Position numbers and translations under genes: made by a program. Below the pieces are notes generated by a model. That model did no database searches. It was not told where the DNA came from and worked only from the letters and a program-made list of their open reading frames with translations. A DNA stretch of 64,000 nucleotides, taken from assembly GCA_033851545.1 (NCBI GenBank), contig JAWWOO010000105.1:2988-66987 (forward strand), read 5' to 3'. This DNA comes from Frankiales bacterium. GTDB lineage: Bacteria; Actinomycetota; Actinomycetes; JAWWOL01. Within the stretch, counting starts at the first letter, position 1, and every line of letters starts with the position of its first letter. Shown here piece after piece: positions 9,536 to 18,709 of the stretch.

Positions 9536-10132
9536 ATGGAGACGTGGACGGCCAAGGGCGAGGCGACCCGCCGGCGCATCATCGAGGGTGCCGCCCTCGA
9601 GATGCGCGAGCGTGGGGTGGCGTTGACGACGCTCGACGACGTGCGGCTGCGTACAGGCACCAGCAAGGGACAGCTGTTCCACTACTTCCCGGACGGGCGC
9701 GAGCAGCTGCTGCTGGCCGTTGCCCAGCACGAGGCGGATCGGGTGATCGCCGACCAGCAGCCGCACCTCTCGAAGCTGACCAGCTGGGCGGCCTGGCAGG
9801 CGTGGCGGGACGACGTGGTGGCGCGCTACCGCGGGCAGGGGCAGCAGTGCCCGCTCAGCGTCTTAATTACCCAGATCGGGCGCAACACGCCGGGTGCCCA
9901 GGCGGTCACCACTCAGCTGCTGAGTCGGTGGCAGGGCGACATTGCCACCGGCATCCGCGAGATGCAGGGCCGCCGCAAGATCGGCTCAGGCCTGGACGTC
10001 GAACAGACGGCCGCGGCGCTGCTCGCCGGCATCCAGGGCGGCGTCATGGTAATGCTGACGACGGGCAGCCTGACCCACCTCGAGGCTGCTCTCGACGTGG
10101 GCATCGCCCAGCTGCGGACGCACACCCCCTGA
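9536..10132 (+). CDS. TetR-family transcriptional regulator
   Basis: ATG 9536 lies 5 nt after AAGGAG. N-terminal HTH RRRIIEGAALEMRERGVALTTLDDVRLRTGTSKGQLFHYF. Divergent from the SDR gene. Confidence 0.9.
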   Translation: METWTAKGEATRRRIIEGAALEMRERGVALTTLDDVRLRTGTSKGQLFHYFPDGREQLLLAVAQHEADRVIADQQPHLSKLTSWAAWQAWRDDVVARYRGQGQQCPLSVLITQIGRNTPGAQAVTTQLLSRWQGDIATGIREMQGRRKIGSGLDVEQTAAALLAGIQGGVMVMLTTGSLTHLEAALDVGIAQLRTHTP

Positions 10133-10134
10133 GC

Positions 10135-10425
10135 TCAGGTGCCCTCGGCGAGCAGGAAGCTCGACGTGGCCGAGCGCTGCCGGACCGCGCGGGCCGCGGT
10201 GTACTCCGGCGAGTCGTACCAGCGCTGGGCGGCGGCGGCGTCCTCGAACTCGAGGATGACCAGCCGGCCCGGCGACCACTCACCCTCGAGGACGGTCGTG
10301 GCACCGCCGCGGACGAGGTAGGTCGCGCCGTACTGCTCGCCGGCCGCGGTCGAGAGCACGCGATAGTCCGCGTACGCCTCCGGGTCGGTCACGTCGATGT
10401 CGCAGATCACGTAGGCCTTGGGCAT
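10135..10425 (-). CDS. DUF1330 domain protein
   Basis: 96 aa. The pattern MPKAYVICDIDVTDPEAYADY...LVILEFEDAAAAQRWYDSPEY is typical of DUF1330. Confidence 0.8.
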   Translation of the reverse strand: MPKAYVICDIDVTDPEAYADYRVLSTAAGEQYGATYLVRGGATTVLEGEWSPGRLVILEFEDAAAAQRWYDSPEYTAARAVRQRSATSSFLLAEGT

Positions 10426-10439
10426 GCGGCCAGTATCGC

Positions 10440-10850
10440 CTACGCCTGGACCTCCACCGGCTGGAAGGTCAGCGACACCGAGTTCATGCAGAAGCGGTCA
10501 CCGGTCGGCGTCTGGGGTGCGTCGTCGAAGACGTGGCCCAGGTGTGAACCGCACCGGGAGCAGAGCACCTCGACCCGCTTCATGAACAGGCTGTTGTCGG
10601 CACGCAGGATGACCTTGTCGCCCTCCTCGGGCTCGTAGAAGCTCGGCCACCCGCAGTGCGAGTCGAACTTGGCCTGCGATCGGAACAGCTCCTGCCCACA
10701 GGCCCGGCAGCTGTAGACACCAACCCGGTCCTCGTACAGCAGCTTGCCGGTGCCGGCGCGTTCGGTGCCGGCCTTGCGCAGGACGGCGTACTCGTCGGGG
10801 GACAGCTCCTCGCGCCACTGGGCGTCGGTCTTCTCGATGTCGTAGGTCAT
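10440..10850 (-). CDS. msrB: peptide-methionine (R)-S-oxide reductase
   Basis: Two CxxC pairs (CRACGQ, CSRCGSHLGHVF) and the catalytic RFCMNS motif. Trimmed to ATG 10850. Confidence 0.95.
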   Translation of the reverse strand: MTYDIEKTDAQWREELSPDEYAVLRKAGTERAGTGKLLYEDRVGVYSCRACGQELFRSQAKFDSHCGWPSFYEPEEGDKVILRADNSLFMKRVEVLCSRCGSHLGHVFDDAPQTPTGDRFCMNSVSLTFQPVEVQA

Positions 10851-10907
10851 GGGATCGAGGCTACGACGGCCTCGGGGCAGCGGCATGTCCGCGGGCCGTT
10901 CGTCAGA

Positions 10908-11435
10908 TCACGGTAAGGACGTCGTGGGCGGGATCATGCGCGTGGCATGGGCTACCCGCAGCAGGCCGGCGACGAGTCCGATCGCCGCGCCCAGCACACC
11001 CCACGTCAGCCGGGTAGTCACCGAACCGTCCGCCGGGGTGAACGCGGCCGCCAGGGCGGTCAGGGCCGGCAGGCCGACGAGGACGACGTACGGGTGGAGG
11101 CGCGGGCGCCCGCTGCCGTAGCGGAGCCGGGCGGCGAGGTACTGCCCGGTGTACTGGCGGTGGCTCAGCGTCCAGGCCGCCGGCAACAGGTCGAGCAGGG
11201 CGAGGGCCGCCGCCACGACGGCCAAGCCGACACCCGCGGCCAGATGGTGGCGGCCGACCGCGACGCCGGCCCAGGTCCCGGCGCCGACCAGCAGCAGCCC
11301 GCCCGCGAGATGGACGGCCGGTGAGGGCGTGGCCAGGCGGCTCGTCCAGCCGGTGTCCTTGAGGTAGGACAACGCTTCGGCGTCGGTGCCTCGGAACTTG
11401 CTGCCGGGGAAGTGCGGGTGCAGAAGGCTGACCAT
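10908..11435 (-). CDS. hypothetical integral membrane protein
   Basis: 175-aa ORF with several hydrophobic segments and GC3-rich codons. No family recognised. Confidence 0.5.
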   Translation of the reverse strand: MVSLLHPHFPGSKFRGTDAEALSYLKDTGWTSRLATPSPAVHLAGGLLLVGAGTWAGVAVGRHHLAAGVGLAVVAAALALLDLLPAAWTLSHRQYTGQYLAARLRYGSGRPRLHPYVVLVGLPALTALAAAFTPADGSVTTRLTWGVLGAAIGLVAGLLRVAHATRMIPPTTSLP

Positions 11436-11596
11436 GACGACCGCTCCTCTCGACGAGGGCCCCGGCAGGCCTTGACCACGGCGCTTGACTATTGCTTTGC
11501 CTTCCCTTACGGCCTCCGGTTGACACCTGCCAACGCCGTTCGTGAGGTTGCGACACCGGCGCGAGACGTGCTGATCCGGACGTCGGTTCCGGTAGC

Positions 11597-12640
11597 GTGC
11601 CGGGTATGGCCGCGTCTCCGTTCGTCGAGATCGACGTCGACGGCTTCACCGTCAAGATCACCAACCCGCAGAAGCCGTTCTTCAGCGAGCGTGGGGAGAC
11701 CAAGCTCGACCTGGTCAACTACTACCTCTCCGTCGGCGACGGGATCCTGCGGGCACTGCGCGAGCGGCCGACGTACGTCAAGCGGCACATCGACGGGGCC
11801 GAGAGCGAGCCGATCTATCAGAAGCGGCTGCCGACGCATGCCCCACCGTGGATCGAGACGGTGACCGTACGGTTCCCCAGCGGGCGTTCGGCCGCGGCCG
11901 CGTGTCCGACGAAGCTGGCGGACATCATCTGGCTGGTGAACACCGGCACCATCGACTTCCACCCGTGGCCGTCGCGACGGGCGGACACCGAGCGGCCGGA
12001 CGAGATGCGCCTCGACCTCGACCCGCAGCCCGGCACGGACTTCGCAGATGCGCAACTTGCGATTCCGGTGATGCGCGCGATGCTCGACGAGCTCGGGATG
12101 ACCGGCTGGCCCAAGACGTCAGGCAACCGCGGTATCCACGTCTACGTACGGATCGAGCCGCGTTGGTCGTTCACCGAGGTGCGCCGGGCTGCGCTGGCGT
12201 TCGGCCGCGAGCTCGAGCGGCGGATGCCCGACCTGATCACGACGAAGTGGTGGAAGGAGGAGCGCGGCGAGAAGGTGTTCCTCGACTTCAACCAGAACGC
12301 CCGCGACCGGACGATCGCGTCGGCCTACTCATCGCGGGCCCGGCCGGACGGCACGGTGTCCGCGCCTTGTACGTGGGAGGAGATCGTCGAGGTCTCAACC
12401 AGGGACTTCACGATCGCCACGATGCCGGAGCGGTTCGCCCGCCTCGGCGACCTGCACGCGGGGATCGATGAGGCCGTCTGCTCGCTGGATCCTCTGCTGG
12501 CGTGGGCTTCCCGGGACGCAGATCAAGGCATCGGCGAGGCGCCGTACCCTCCGCAGTATCCCAAGATGGAGGGCGAGCCGATGCGCGTACAGCCCTCGCG
12601 CGCCCGCAAGCCGGCCGCCGACCCGGACGGTCAGGACTAG
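11597..12640 (+). CDS. LigD-type primase-polymerase (NHEJ polymerase domain protein)
   Basis: Blocks KLDLVNYY, IDFHPW, LDLDP, TSGNRGIHVYV and FLDFNQNARDRTIASAYS match the archaeo-eukaryotic primase fold of LigD-Pol. Start is either GTG 11597 or ATG 11606. Confidence 0.9.
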   Translation: MPGMAASPFVEIDVDGFTVKITNPQKPFFSERGETKLDLVNYYLSVGDGILRALRERPTYVKRHIDGAESEPIYQKRLPTHAPPWIETVTVRFPSGRSAAAACPTKLADIIWLVNTGTIDFHPWPSRRADTERPDEMRLDLDPQPGTDFADAQLAIPVMRAMLDELGMTGWPKTSGNRGIHVYVRIEPRWSFTEVRRAALAFGRELERRMPDLITTKWWKEERGEKVFLDFNQNARDRTIASAYSSRARPDGTVSAPCTWEEIVEVSTRDFTIATMPERFARLGDLHAGIDEAVCSLDPLLAWASRDADQGIGEAPYPPQYPKMEGEPMRVQPSRARKPAADPDGQD

Positions 12641-12723
12641 CCTCCTCCAGCTGTCCGCGTGTCGGTGGCCGCCGGCAGTGCTGGGCGCTATGTTCCCGCC
12701 TGCGGGGTGCATCGTCGGAGCAG

Positions 12724-14223
12724 ATGGGTGCGCGCATGGCCATGGACACGGGTACGTCGCGGCCGTCCCGGATTGGCGGGGTCGAGGTCCGCTCGATCGA
12801 CTACGTGCCACTGAACGAACGGCACGGCAAGGTCTGGAGCCAGGGGCCGCTGTGGTTCATGAGCAACGCTCAGATCGCCACACTGCTGGTGGGCACGACC
12901 TCGTTCCTCGCCGGGGGCAATCTGATCTGGTCGCTGATCGCGATCCTGGCCGGCGCGTTGCTCGGCACCTTCTTCATGGCCTTCCACTCAGCGCAGGGTC
13001 CGCAGCTCGGCTTGCCGCAGATGATCCAGTCGCGACCCCAGTTCGGCTACGTCGGCGCGCTGCTGGTGTGGCTGTTCGCCTATGTGCAGTACTTCGGCTT
13101 CAACATCTTCAACACCCTCCTGGCCGGCGGCGCGCTCAATACGACGGCCGGCGGTCCGGTCAAGCTGTGGACCGTCGTCGTCACCGTGGCGGCGGCGGTG
13201 ATCGCCCTCGTCGGCTACGACCTCATCCACGCCTGCGAGCGCTGGCTGTTCGCCGGCTTCGTGCTGATCTTCGGCGTGCTGACGATCAGCCTGTTCACGC
13301 TGCACTACCCGGCAGCCTCGTTCGACCTCGGCGGCTTCAAGGTCGTGCCGTTCTTCGCCCAGTTCGGCGTCGTGGCCGGCTACCAGATCAGCTGGGCGAT
13401 CTACGTCTCCGACTACTCCCGCTACCTGCCGCCGACCGTCGGGGTGCGCAACACCTTCCTGTGGACCTACTGGGGTTCCGCCCTGGGCGGCGCGTGGCTG
13501 ATGTGCCTGGGAGCGGCGCTCGCGTCCTGGTGGTCAGGGCACAGCAAGGAGGCGTTCGACACGGTCGCGTCGATCAACGCGGCGGGTGATCACGTCTTCA
13601 GCGGCTTCGGTGCCGTCGTGCTGCTGTTCTCCGTGCTGGGGCTGGTGTCGGTGACAGCGCTGAACATGTACGGCGGCTCCCTCACCCTCATCAGCGCCAT
13701 CGACTCGGTCCGCAAGATCGAGCCCACGACGACCATCCGCGTCGTAACGGTGTCGGTGACGGCCCTGCTGTCGGTCATCCCGGCCATGTTCATCAGTGGC
13801 AGCTTCATGGCCGACTTCCAGAACTTCCTGCTGCTCGTCCTCTACTTCTTCATCCCCTGGACGGCGGTCAACCTGGTCGACTACTACATCGTCCGCAAGG
13901 GGCACTACGCCATCGCCGAGATCTTCAACCCGAACGGGATGTACGGCCGCTGGGGGTGGCGCGGCATCGTCGCGTACCTGGTCGGGTTCGGCGCCATGAC
14001 GCCGTTCTTCGTCATCGGCAGCTGGTACACGGGGTTCGTCGGCAAGGATCTCAACGGCACCGACGTCTCGTTGTTCATCGGGCTGCCGATCGCGGGCCTC
14101 CTCTACTGGTACCTCGCGAGGACCATCGACGTCGAGGCCGAGACAAGGGTCGCCGAGGAGGAGTCCCGTGAGCTCGAGGCGGTGGCGGCTACCCACAGCC
14201 GTCCTGACCTCTCGAAGTCCTGA
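12724..14223 (+). CDS. NCS1-family (purine-cytosine/hydantoin-type) permease
   Basis: Multi-helix membrane protein with an N-terminal RSIDYVPLNERHG...LWFMSNAQI motif. Start is uncertain (ATG 12724, 12736 or 12742). Confidence 0.8.
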   Translation: MGARMAMDTGTSRPSRIGGVEVRSIDYVPLNERHGKVWSQGPLWFMSNAQIATLLVGTTSFLAGGNLIWSLIAILAGALLGTFFMAFHSAQGPQLGLPQMIQSRPQFGYVGALLVWLFAYVQYFGFNIFNTLLAGGALNTTAGGPVKLWTVVVTVAAAVIALVGYDLIHACERWLFAGFVLIFGVLTISLFTLHYPAASFDLGGFKVVPFFAQFGVVAGYQISWAIYVSDYSRYLPPTVGVRNTFLWTYWGSALGGAWLMCLGAALASWWSGHSKEAFDTVASINAAGDHVFSGFGAVVLLFSVLGLVSVTALNMYGGSLTLISAIDSVRKIEPTTTIRVVTVSVTALLSVIPAMFISGSFMADFQNFLLLVLYFFIPWTAVNLVDYYIVRKGHYAIAEIFNPNGMYGRWGWRGIVAYLVGFGAMTPFFVIGSWYTGFVGKDLNGTDVSLFIGLPIAGLLYWYLARTIDVEAETRVAEEESRELEAVAATHSRPDLSKS

Positions 14224-15617
14224 TGGCAGACGCCTGGCAGACGGCCCAGGACATCCGTACGGGCGTCACGACGTCGGTCGACGTGGTCACAGCGGCATTG
14301 ACGGCTGCTCGTGACGACGAGGTGAACGCCTTCACCGTCGTGCTCCGGGAGTCGGCCATGGAGGCGGCCTATGAGGCAGATGCCCTGGCGGCGAGGGGAT
14401 CTGAGCTCCCGCTGCTCGGCGTACCGGTCTCCGTCAAGGACCACATCTGGATGACGGGGACGCCCGCGACCAACGGGTCGTTGGCGCTGCGCGACTTCCT
14501 GCCGCCGGAGGACAACGTCGCGGTCGCCCGGCTGCGGGCCGCCGGTGCGGTGATCGTGGGCAAGACCAACAATCCGGAGTTCTGCTATCGCGGCTACACC
14601 GACAACCTGCTGCACGGGCTGACCCGCAACCCCTGGGACCTCGGCCGAACCCCGGGGGGGTCCAGTGGGGGAGCGGCCGCTTCGGTCGCCGCCGGGGTGA
14701 CCTGCCTGGCGCTGGGTACGGACGGCGGCGGCTCCATCCGGATCCCGGCGGCGTTCTGCGGGGTCGTCGGGCACAAGCCGACGTTCGGTGCCGTACCGAA
14801 GGATCCTGGATTCCTTGGCTGGAAGACACTCTCGGTCGACGGGCCGTTGGCCAGGTCGGTACGGGACGCGGCTCTGATGCTGTCCGTCATCGTCGGGCCG
14901 GCGGTCGAGGACGACATGACCTATCCGGGCCTCGCCGGCTCGGATCTCATCGCTGCGGTCTCAGGAGACGTTTCCGGCCTGCGGATCGCGTGGTCCGAGG
15001 ACATGGGCGGGCTGTCGGTCGACCCCGGCGTGCGGGCGGTGTTCCGTACGGCCGTCGAAGTCTTCCAGGGACTCGGCTGCACGCTGGTCGAGGCCTACCC
15101 GGCGGTGCCGCACCCCACCGACCTGTGGAACACGATCGCCTGCGCCGAGGGATTCGTCTCCGAAGGGCCGCTGCTGGCGGAGTTCCGAGCCGTCATGTCC
15201 GAAGGCATTCCCGAGCTGATCGAGGCCGGCCGCGACATCTCCGCTGCCGACTACATCGCGGCGATGCACGCGAAGGCCGCCCACAGTCGACTGTGGGGCG
15301 AGTTCTTCGGTTCGTACGACCTCCTGCTCACGCCGACGATGCAGCTGACGGCGTTCCCGGTCGGACTGCAGACACCGGTCGCCATCGACGGCGTGCCGGT
15401 CGACCCGTTCTTCGACGACTGGTGCACGAGCTGCCTGCCGGCCAACCTGGCCGGGCTGCCGGCCACGTCCGTGCCGGCCGGCCTTGCCGACGGTCTGCCG
15501 GTGGGGCTGCAGATCATGGGCCCCCGGTGGTCGGACGCGCTGACGCTGCGGGCCGCCGCGGCGTTCGAGCGGGTGGTGCCGTGGGAGGGGTTCGTGCCTA
15601 GGGCGCCAGCTGCTTGA
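14223..15617 (+). CDS. amidase (amidase-signature family)
   Basis: The AS signature block GGSSGGAAASVAAG...GTDGGGSIRIPAAFCG. The ATG overlaps the permease stop (TGATG). Confidence 0.9.
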   Translation: MADAWQTAQDIRTGVTTSVDVVTAALTAARDDEVNAFTVVLRESAMEAAYEADALAARGSELPLLGVPVSVKDHIWMTGTPATNGSLALRDFLPPEDNVAVARLRAAGAVIVGKTNNPEFCYRGYTDNLLHGLTRNPWDLGRTPGGSSGGAAASVAAGVTCLALGTDGGGSIRIPAAFCGVVGHKPTFGAVPKDPGFLGWKTLSVDGPLARSVRDAALMLSVIVGPAVEDDMTYPGLAGSDLIAAVSGDVSGLRIAWSEDMGGLSVDPGVRAVFRTAVEVFQGLGCTLVEAYPAVPHPTDLWNTIACAEGFVSEGPLLAEFRAVMSEGIPELIEAGRDISAADYIAAMHAKAAHSRLWGEFFGSYDLLLTPTMQLTAFPVGLQTPVAIDGVPVDPFFDDWCTSCLPANLAGLPATSVPAGLADGLPVGLQIMGPRWSDALTLRAAAAFERVVPWEGFVPRAPAA

Positions 15618-16533
15618 TCTGGGCCAGCTCCTCAGCTGACGGGACCCACTCGGCAGCGGCGGCGTTTGCCCGGACCTGCTCGGGCTTCATGGCCCCGGCG
15701 ATGACCGAGCCGACGGCCGGCTGCGCTGCCAGCGCGCCGATGGCGATCTCGAGCAAGGTGCGGCCGTGCTCGGCGCCCCACTTCTCGAGGGCCTCGACCC
15801 GGTCGAACTTGTCGTCGGTGAGGTAGGCCTCGCGGGTGGCCAGGCGGGAGTCGGCCGGCGCCCCTGTCTCCCGGCGTACCTTGCCGGTGAGCAGGCCGTT
15901 GGCCAGCGGGTAGAACGGCAGCAGGCCCACACCGAACGCTTGGCAGGCGGGAATGACCTCGGCCTCGACGTCCCGCTCGAGCAGCGAGTAGTGGTTCTGC
16001 GCCGACACGAACGGGGCGAAGCCGTTCTCGCGGGCCACGTGGTCCGCGTCGGCGATCTGCCAGCCGGCGAAGTTGGACGACCCGATGTAGCGGATCTTGC
16101 CCTCGGCGATCAGCTCGTGCAGGGCGGCGAGGGTTTCCTCTATCGGCGTCACCGGGTCGGGCAGGTGGAGCTGGTAGAGGTCGATGTGGTCCGTCTTCAG
16201 CCTGGTCAGACTGGCCTCGATCGCGCGCCGGATGTAGCCGCGACCGCCCGGGGCGCCCGCGCTGGGTCCGTACCCCATGTCGGCCCGGTAGTTCCCCCAT
16301 TTGGTGGCGATCAGCACCTGGTCCCGACGCGCCCCGAGGACCTGGCCGATCAGCTCCTCGGACTGGCCGTTGCCGTACATGTCGGCCGTGTCGAGCAGGG
16401 TGATGCCCTCGTCGATGGCGGCACCGATGACCGCCTTGGTCCCGGCCAGGTCCAGGCGGGGGCCGAAGTTGTTGCAGCCGAGGCCGACGACGGAGACCAG
16501 CAGTCCGGAGTTGCCGAGGGGTCGATAGCGCAT
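15598..16533 (-). CDS. aldo/keto reductase
   Basis: LGCNNFG, LDTADMYG, DLYQLHLPD and IRYIGSSNF motifs. 311 aa. Confidence 0.9.
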   Translation of the reverse strand: MRYRPLGNSGLLVSVVGLGCNNFGPRLDLAGTKAVIGAAIDEGITLLDTADMYGNGQSEELIGQVLGARRDQVLIATKWGNYRADMGYGPSAGAPGGRGYIRRAIEASLTRLKTDHIDLYQLHLPDPVTPIEETLAALHELIAEGKIRYIGSSNFAGWQIADADHVARENGFAPFVSAQNHYSLLERDVEAEVIPACQAFGVGLLPFYPLANGLLTGKVRRETGAPADSRLATREAYLTDDKFDRVEALEKWGAEHGRTLLEIAIGALAAQPAVGSVIAGAMKPEQVRANAAAAEWVPSAEELAQIKQLAP

Positions 16534-16602
16534 GTATACAACGCTATGTGACGCTGCCGGTTGCTGCCAAGCCGGGTCCCGTGGCTGACCTAGGGCCAGG
16601 CC

Positions 16603-17676
16603 TCAGCCGAAGATGTCGGCCAGGGCGAACGTCACCGGCTTCTCGAGCTGCGCGTAGTCGCAGGAGGCCGGGTCGCGGTCGGTGCGCCAGCGGACGAACT
16701 GGGTCGCGTGCCGGAACCGGTCGCCCTGCATCTGGTCATAGGCCACCTCGACCACGAGCTCGGGCCGCAGCGGCTCCCAGGACAAGTCCTTGCCGGCGTT
16801 CCATCGGCTGGCCGACCCCGGCATCCGCTCGGCCTCCTCGGTCGCCTGCCCCCAGGCCTGCCACGGGTGGCCGGCCATGGCATCCGTTCGGTACGGGGCA
16901 AGCTCGTCGACCAGCTCGGCCCGCCGCTTCATGGTGAACGAGGCGGCGACGCCGACGTGGTGCAGGTCTCCGCCGTCGTCGTACAGGCCGAGGATCAGTG
17001 AGCCGACCACCGGACCGCTCTTGTGCCAGCGGAACCCGGCCACGACGCAGTCCGCGGTACGGGCGTGCTTGACCTTGAACATCGCCCGGACGTCGGGCCG
17101 GTACGGGATGTCCAGCGGCTTGGCGATGACGCCGTCCAGGCCGGCGCCTTCGAAGGCGGTGAACCACTGCTCGGCCTCGGCGACGTCGTAGGTCGCCGGC
17201 GTGAGATAGACCGGCGCGGCGGACGTCGACAGCGCCGCTTCGAGCCGCGATCGCCGTACGGACAAGGGCTCGGCCATCAACGACTCGTCCCCGATCGCCA
17301 ACAGGTCGAAGGCGACGAACGATGCTGGCGTCTCGGCCGCCAGCTTGCGGACGCGCGAGTCGGCCGGGTGCAGCCGCAGCTGCAGCAGGTCGAAGTCGAG
17401 CCCCGTCGGCGTCACGATCACGATCTCGCCGTCGACGACGCACCGCTCGGGCAGCTGCGCCTTGACCGCCTCCACGACGTCGGGGAAGTAGCGGGTGAGC
17501 GGTCGCTCGTTGCGGCTGCCCAGCTCGACCTCGTCCCCGTCGCGGAACACGATGCACCTGAACCCGTCCCACTTCGGTTCGTACAGCAGGCCGGCCGGGG
17601 TGCTGTCCGGGGTCGGCATCCCCTTGACTGCCTTGGCGAGCATGGGGGACACGGGAGGCATCACGGGCAGGTCCAC
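16603..17676 (-). CDS. ATP-dependent DNA ligase (LigC / stand-alone LigD-ligase type)
   Basis: Adenylation motif I in YEPKWDGFRC. N-terminus MDLPVMPPVSPMLAK. ~357 aa with an OB-fold-length C-terminus. GTG start. Confidence 0.9.
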   Translation of the reverse strand: MDLPVMPPVSPMLAKAVKGMPTPDSTPAGLLYEPKWDGFRCIVFRDGDEVELGSRNERPLTRYFPDVVEAVKAQLPERCVVDGEIVIVTPTGLDFDLLQLRLHPADSRVRKLAAETPASFVAFDLLAIGDESLMAEPLSVRRSRLEAALSTSAAPVYLTPATYDVAEAEQWFTAFEGAGLDGVIAKPLDIPYRPDVRAMFKVKHARTADCVVAGFRWHKSGPVVGSLILGLYDDGGDLHHVGVAASFTMKRRAELVDELAPYRTDAMAGHPWQAWGQATEEAERMPGSASRWNAGKDLSWEPLRPELVVEVAYDQMQGDRFRHATQFVRWRTDRDPASCDYAQLEKPVTFALADIFG

Positions 17677-17750
17677 GGGCTGATCCTGTCAGGTTTTCCG
17701 GTGCTGGGGGACGGGGCACCACCCTGCCACCCCAGCAGACAGGAGCAGCC

Positions 17751-17924
17751 ATGACCGAGACGTCCGACCTGCCCAGTGACCCGAGTGATGGCAGCGACAC
17801 CGAGGGCGGCAGCCTGGAGGAGCAGGAGCTGGCCGGCCCCGGCGCCGGGTTGAGCTCCGTGCAGGTCGACCAGGAGATGGCCGGCGACGGTCAACCCGAT
17901 GACTATCTCGATGGGCCCAACTGA
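17751..17924 (+). CDS. small highly acidic protein, 57 aa (below the ORF-track cutoff)
   Basis: ATG 17751 lies 5 nt after AGGAG. Translation is MTETSDLPSDPSDGSDTEGGSLEEQELAGPGAGLSSVQVDQEMAGDGQPDDYLDGPN. Codons are GC3-rich. The 3' end overlaps the convergent gene by 22 nt. Confidence 0.5.
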   Translation: MTETSDLPSDPSDGSDTEGGSLEEQELAGPGAGLSSVQVDQEMAGDGQPDDYLDGPN

Positions 17925-18703
17925 CGATCGACGAGGTAGCGCAGGAACAGGAAGTTCTCCTCCGTACGGGACCCGGCCAGCGTGAGGCTGAGCGGTCGGG
18001 GCAAGGGCGTCGACCCGGTGAGGCGATGCTCCGACAATGAGCCGACCAGCTGCGGGCTCACCGTGAGGCACAGCTCGTCGACGAGCCCGGCCCGCAACAG
18101 GTCGCCGAACAGATCGGGCCCGCCCTCGCACAGCACGCGCCCTAGCCCTCGTTCGGCCAGTTGCTGGGGCAGGCCCGCGAGATCGTCCAGCACGATGACG
18201 TCGGCCACCGTGCGGGCCTCTGCCAACCGCGGGTCCGGCACCGCCGACGAGGTGACCACGATCGTCCGGGCCTGAGCCTGCGTGAACAACGGCCTGGTCA
18301 GCTCGAGGTCGAGGGTGCGGGTCACCACCGCGATCGGCGGACAGGCGGAAAGGCCGTGCCTGGCGCGGATCTCAGCCCGACTGGGCCCGATCCGTACGGG
18401 CTGGTAGTCCTCGGCCCGAGCCGTCCCGGCGCCGACCACCACCACGTCGCACAGCGCCCGCAGGATGCCGAACACCCGCTTGTCCGGCGCCCCGGACAGC
18501 CGCTCCGAGCTTCCGTCCAGCGACGCGGCGCCGTCGGCCGACACCACGAAGTTGCAGCGCAGCCAGCGGTCGGAGGGGTAGGCATAGGCGGTCTCGAGAT
18601 CGTCCACACCGGATCCAACCACGCATCGGCGGAATGCGACGGAGGCCTGGTGTCGTGGGTGGTGGGCCCGGCAGCCTCTGCGTTGCCCGCGATCTACGGG
18701 CAA
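17903..18703 (-). CDS. pyrimidine-reductase / RibD C-terminal domain family protein
   Basis: Blocks NFVVSADGAASLDG, DKRVFGILRALCDVVVVGAGT and VLCEGGPDLFGDLLRAGLVDELCLTVSP. The TTG start at 18703 is uncertain. Confidence 0.75.
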   Translation of the reverse strand: MPVDRGQRRGCRAHHPRHQASVAFRRCVVGSGVDDLETAYAYPSDRWLRCNFVVSADGAASLDGSSERLSGAPDKRVFGILRALCDVVVVGAGTARAEDYQPVRIGPSRAEIRARHGLSACPPIAVVTRTLDLELTRPLFTQAQARTIVVTSSAVPDPRLAEARTVADVIVLDDLAGLPQQLAERGLGRVLCEGGPDLFGDLLRAGLVDELCLTVSPQLVGSLSEHRLTGSTPLPRPLSLTLAGSRTEENFLFLRYLVDRQLGPSR

Positions 18704-18709
18704 CGACTC

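Noticed and set aside
8734-10638. 634-aa plus-strand ORF across the SDR, TetR, DUF1330 and msrB genes
   Set aside because: It runs through four independently supported genes on both strands. It is a shadow ORF.
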